NCBI GenBank assembly: GCA_976226885.1 | Contig: OZ320317.1 | Span: forward strand, 49,042,001 to 49,106,000 | Direction of reading: 5' to 3' | DNA length: 64,000 nt | Source: Iphione sp. A-MEVVRFRX5 | Taxonomy: Eukaryota | Part shown: positions 58,101 through 64,000 of the stretch, in pieces | Numbering within the stretch: the stretch's first letter is position 1 | How the letters are laid out: every line of letters starts with the position of its first letter | Notes under the pieces: generated by a model | Told to the model about the DNA's origin: nothing | The model's input: the letters and a program-made list of their open reading frames with translations, nothing else | The model's database searches: none | Position numbers and translations under genes: made by a program

Positions 58101-61100
58101 TATCGACAATTCAACCAACATCTTGTTTGAAGCCTTAAATTAAGCAAAGAGACTGCTGAGGTAAAAAATGGGTAACAATTTTGTTGTAAGTACATACGTA
58201 CATATTCTTAAGAGAGCTTCACGGCTTGCTATGAGCAAATTCAAGACAATTATAATATAAACAATGATCTAAAGGTGGACCCACCTATTTCTATATCGTA
58301 GGCCTTGAATATATAGCAATGCTTTCTAATAAGTCTATAGAATTTTCAGTCAAAAATGACACAATTGCCCTCAGCTTTTAATTCCCACAGGAAGTGAAAG
58401 ATTAATGTACATGTACAATGCGCAGGTGTGGCTGTTGAAAACAGAGAATGTTCATTCAACATACTGAATTCAACAAACTGATATACCGTCCATATCTATG
58501 TAGCTGAAACAAATGCTAGTAGAATAGGTAGTTGTTGCATTACATATCTTCATTATAAGTCAAAGCATCTAATGTTGAACCATCAGACTGAATGTGGTGC
58601 TACGTAATGATGGCATACATGTATTTGTATAGGTAATGAGACTGTTTAAAATGTCATTCAGAGGAGGGCAGTAGGTGTATCATGCCATTTACACCGAATC
58701 AAACTGTTATTACATGAACCTATCAAAATAACACACCACGGCTTGTATGTATTAGATAAAGTACGAGGACAGTCCATTACGTTATAAACTACGAGGCAAC
58801 AGCCTAGTTGTTTATGTGTAAAAGAACAGTGCCAATATATTGTGCAACCCTATTAGTTATGGCATAATGTAACACATTCAGTGGTGCGCCCGCATCACCC
58901 GTGTTTTTCCCTAGACTTCATCACAGTTACGCAACCATTTGGCTCAGACTAGTTACTGTTAATATTGTGATATCGACAAGAATCATCAGGCTAATATTGA
59001 AATTGAAATTGAAATTCACTATGATTCATAATCAGGGGATATATGTTGTCAATGATATAAGATAGATGGATTAATTAAGATTATATGGTCCATATTCTGT
59101 CACTGATAACCCGTTCACACATCGTACTTTTTGACTGACAGGGCACAATGCATCGGTCAACTGTATGCTTGAATTCCTATGTAAAAATGTGTAGTTCCGA
59201 AGCCAAGCTTTTGCCATTAGTGTGTGTCCAAGTGAGATCTAAATATAGGCAGTCTCTTCTTAAGCGAACGTGTATTTAGTATGAATGTTGTTGACGATAC
59301 TCCTCCGAAGTCTGCGCATCATGCATAATTTGCCATGCTGGATCAGGCCCTCCGTGCCTACCACTACAAAAACCTCAGTGAATTTTATATACAACCCTGG
59401 CCGCTTGTCCACATCACAACTTCAAAGAATGTCAACTAGAGTGAATTTGGTTGAGCTGGGAGAGTTTATATTATTTGGTCACTGGTATAAACTGGAAAAC
59501 TCCAGCTATGCTGGCCGTGTTTGGTGACCCATTTTTAGCATAGCTACATGTAGTAACTGCTAGGCGTAAGTATCGTCCAAAGCTAGTCTTTTTCATTCTG
59601 GTGCCTGACTCAAAAATTCAAGTGTTAGGTCTGCTTTTTAGCTGAAATATTTTTGTAGTGTTGTCACAAGTTACTTTTATATTTACATAGGTTATGTACA
59701 TCGTTTGAGTCAGGGGGGTAGGCGTATTATGCCACTTAAACTGAATCAAAGGAAGCGCTTAGTAATACCACAAAACAAAATTTTGATGAACAGTTTAGTT
59801 TCATCATTGGTTTATTTTGACCGTCTCTGCTTTGGAAGAAATTGTCTTAATTGATTGGCTCTATGAGACGTTAGCAGTTATAAAATGCAATGTGACTTAC
59901 TTATAAAATAGAGGGTTACACTTTCCAAAAAGCAACCTCTAATTAGGAATTTATTCCTGGTGTAGCTGCCTTGCTCTTTGCATGTGCTGGCTCTGGCAAG
60001 GCCATCTAGCCCATCGTAGTAGTCTCGGCCTTGCCAAGGACAGAACCTGGCCCTGTCACATATATCATGTACATGTATATGAGATGTATACAGATATAAC
60101 GAGTCATCTGATTGGACTACAGAATTGTGTTTGCTCTGTTGCATAGCATTCATTCCATGACGTTATGTTATCAACACACTCACCTTTTTTTCTTTCTTTT
60201 TTTTGTAATATTTTTTTTGTGTGTTTTCTGGTATTGTGTGATATACTGAGATCCGGTCATTAAAGAGTGTTCCGTAAACTCCACTACTGTGTTCAGAGTG
60301 ATGTTTATATATATATATATATATACACGCATGCTACCAAGCAAACATTTTATTCCCAGCTGCAGATCTGCATTTTGATGATCAAACGATGGTAGTGCCG
60401 TCAGTTAGTAATGGAACGTTATTCATTGCGATAATAAACAACCACTTTACTCCAAGCAGGATGTTAATAGCTCCTTGGTGAAACATCTTCAAAATAAACA
60501 GCAAACATACCTATAAGGCTAATTTTCCTTATCTAGACAAAGCGTAAACGTTACGAAAGGTATTGATTAGCTGTACACTGTCTACATCCATGGTATATAT
60601 CAGGTGTTATGATCAGAGACTTGCGACAGCAAGGGTTCAACAATTTTGTATGTCTAAGTGTCAACTATTGTCAAAATAGTATGCCCTCCTCCGGGAATTT
60701 GAATGTACCACATAAGTTGTTTTACAAGAAACTTCTTAAACTAGTTGGATTAAATTGTAAAGATATGTGTACGTACACAATGTACATATATTGCCAATTT
60801 GAAGGACGCAAGATATTCAACACGAAAGCATATATAAAAAGTCTATTAGGCCAAGTGACTGCTATAATTCATTTGGAGGGTAGCAAGCAGATTTGTCAAC
60901 AACTATATAGCATTACATTACATTATTCCCAGGGTTACTACACAATGTTATGAAATACTGAGTTTTAAATAACCCGTGGATTTAGAACCTGGGGTGTCGC
61001 CTGACATGCACCCCCAGATGGAATAGGCTCAGAGTAGGTTTGAACATACTGATACACGACAACGTGTTAAAAGAAAATCGAAAACGGCACTGTTCCATTT

Positions 61101-64000
61101 CAAATTCAAAATGCATGTATACATGTATGCCTTCAAATTAAAACAACACCTTTGGAATATACAGGAAGTGTGTTACATACAACCACTTCATAGAGTGTGA
61201 AGGAAATATGTTATTCAACTTCTGGAGGAGTGAAAATAAGCGGCCGGCCAGAAGAATTAACTAGTTGCGTGCCCAATTTTGCATTACTGTCATGTTGCTG
61301 TAAAGTGGATATGCTAAACCATATACAATCGAGTCGATTAAATTAATATCCCCTCCATCAATTATAGCGCGTTCCGCGTATGATTTAAATACAGCCTGTC
61401 GGAACCATCATGGCACTGCAGTATGCTTGGCTGCCTATGTCTGGCTCGGTAATAAGACGTAATGGATTTTTTTTGGACAACAACGCAGACATTTTCTCCA
61501 GCGTAAGATTAAATTACACCCAGAAGTATAGGTAGTATTCTAGCAATCAAACTGCATGTTAGAGACGTGTATACTTCTTTCAATTTTTTCATATTATAAT
61601 ATACCTGCATGGGCTATGCATATAATCCTATGATGCTGTTTGCAAATAAATAACCAAAATGGTCACCTGCAACGATATGATTTCCAAGCTAGTCTAGCAC
61701 ACTGAATTATACATTTATAGTAAACAAAATGGTCGCATGTAACAATTTTTTTGGAGTGTAGTCTAACACGATGAATTAAATGTTTATGGTCACCTTGCAT
61801 AAACACGGTCATACGTTAGCAAAACTGCTGCAAGTCTTGTTAGGTTAATAAAATATTTTAGTCTAAGAAGAGTTAAGTAGCCAGGCTACAGCTGTCGAGT
61901 TATTTTCTTCAGATGCTGGTGGCTTCCATGATAGCTAATGGAATTCCTTTTAATGGGTTTGCATAACGGCATTTGATTGAGGTTGTCCATAATTATCTCT
62001 GATAATGTTGTGTTACAGTTGTAACGTGAAAATAGCAACAATACAAACATATTCATGTTTGATTTGTCATATAAAGCCAGGTGGGCTAATCATGTATCCC
62101 CCCCGATCCTGTGAACCACAAAATGTATTCTTTTTAATCAGTTGCCTATTCCGACATTATCTCTCCGACCTATACACAATCGTCCACGACACTGATGCAG
62201 CATGCCATCAGTATTTAGGAGGCGACTTCACTCAATGATGTCAAAGGAAGCATCCATTGTTAAGCCGCGGTACCTGGGCGCCTCATAAAAACAGACACTG
62301 TAGCCCTACGGCCGTTCCCACAGCAGACAAGCGGAGATCATTGATTCACAGGTCCATAATGTTAGTGGCCACAATAGCATTGCATTGATCCAGTCGTCAG
62401 GCAGGCAGCCCCCCCCCCCCCCATGGTACGGGTGGGCACAGGACAGAGAGAACTAACGAAAACACGAGTAGGTAGATGGGCGCATGTTTAAGAGGAGTAA
62501 CACCAGTGCCACCATCTCTGTCCAGTTCACAGGCTTCGCATAGAGGCATACATAAAAACAAGAAGGTTTCATATCGTGGCTCCTGGAAGAGATTGAATCA
62601 ACAGGCATGTGGCTTCCTTTGTGACGTGATTATTTGATATTAGAGAAGATTCTCTTGTTTCCTTCCTGACGTTTTACGTCGTTGACTCTCTTTACATTTA
62701 TATAGCAGAGTAGTGGATGGAACAGGGATATATTTAGGTTAGAGAGTAGGAAACACACAAGGTTAGTGGCGGGTGAAAAGGTGTCCGATAGCTATAAACG
62801 TCGGTAACGACTAAAAAGTCTTGATATGTTGATAAAAGCGAGATAATAGGTGAATCATGTTCAATGTACAGTGAGAGATGTATCAAGACGATTGACTCCT
62901 TTTATACCAGAATAAGATACTATTTGTGATATAGGAGGTGTGGTTGATCTTGAAATTCTTAATAGGTATCTAAGAATTACCCTTCCTGATTATAGGCTAA
63001 GACAAGAAGGTAGCACAGAAGAAGTAATCTTGAGCCCGCAACATCCCAAATAACATTTTTCTCCATGTAGTTCATACGCTAAAAGAAGCACTATAATCTG
63101 TCGGTCCCAATGCTTGCACATTGTAACTAAAAGAAATTTCACTATCCGTTTTGGTATGCAGTTGCAGTGTTGTAAAATGATGTATTGGAATGTGCTTAGA
63201 ATCATAATGCGCTTATGGGAATTTGTGTTCATGGGATTTTTATCGTCAAAGTAATTTTGGCCATACGGTTGCCACCACTGCCACTTATAGGCCTATATGT
63301 CTTTATATATATAAAAGAAGTCTTCTTACATCCCTGCACAGAATCTAATAATTACTCGAGAGAGGATCCCTAATGAGCTGATTATATTATTGCAAAGATC
63401 ACCGTTAGACGATCCGATGCGAACCTCGGCTCGGTGATATTTTTTATGCAGGGCCATTTTATGGTATAATCATTTAAACAACCATTCAGTCTATCATTCA
63501 CATCTTCTTCAGATTCCCAATGTTTTCAATGGGGAAAATGCAAACTTTAATTGATGATGAGATATTTCATGAGGCTAAATCACATATAATCAGCGGATAT
63601 TATTGAAGCTCTAATAAAAGGTACTGTCCTCTACGCTAAAGCGAGCTAAAACATTTTACCGCAAACCAGAAAGAAGAGCACTCTAATCGCGTATGCCTCA
63701 GCACTTATTATCTGATGATCAGATCAGATAATACCATTTTATTTCAACTGCCGTCCCTCTGGAATGATTTTCACAATGTAGACGAGAATTCCTTCTTGTC
63801 GCCACAGAACCTTCAATTGAAAGTATAGTATGGGAAAGTCCTTAATGTTTCAGGTAAATTTCATTTATTTATGTCCGTCCTCAATAGATATTATTGTGAG
63901 CACTGGATAGTTTATGTAAAATATGCCGTGTGGCTTACACTGATCTCACCAGCAATGTCGCAAGGAACAGCCCTTGCTAATGACGTGAAAGAAACGGCAA

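Noticed and set aside
1-64000. tRNA, rRNA or snRNA genes
   Set aside because: No T-loop GGTTCGA(A/N)TCC with a cloverleaf, nor rRNA or snRNA signature, was noticed by eye; a tRNAscan/Infernal run would be decisive.

Overview
Eukaryotic (metazoan) genomic DNA with no recognisable intact host protein-coding gene. A marine invertebrate such as amphioxus is plausible, but this is only an inference from composition and repeat types. Three retroelements dominate. (1) A 5'-clipped Ty3/Gypsy LTR retrotransposon (1-7726, +) with PR-RT-RH-IN pol, an extra ~860-codon ORF carrying two C2H2 fingers and an unidentified C-terminal domain behind a strong splice acceptor, a PPT and a complete 335-bp 3' LTR. 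(2) A 5'-truncated Penelope-like element (11702-13729, -) bounded by a 12-bp target-site duplication. It holds a GIY-YIG C-terminal fragment, a separate TATA-driven C2H2 zinc-finger gene with a predicted intron, a minimal hammerhead ribozyme and a poly(A) signal. (3) A decayed Ngaro/DIRS tyrosine-recombinase retrotransposon (~40540-44420, +). The remainder is gene-desert or intron-like DNA with decayed LINE remnants, MITE-like elements, mini/microsatellites, possible pseudo-exons and GC-rich promoter/enhancer-like islands. The main candidate novelty is that two unrelated retroelements each carry an accessory C2H2-finger plus disordered-region gene between their enzymatic ORF and 3' end. All calls were made by eye; no database search was run.
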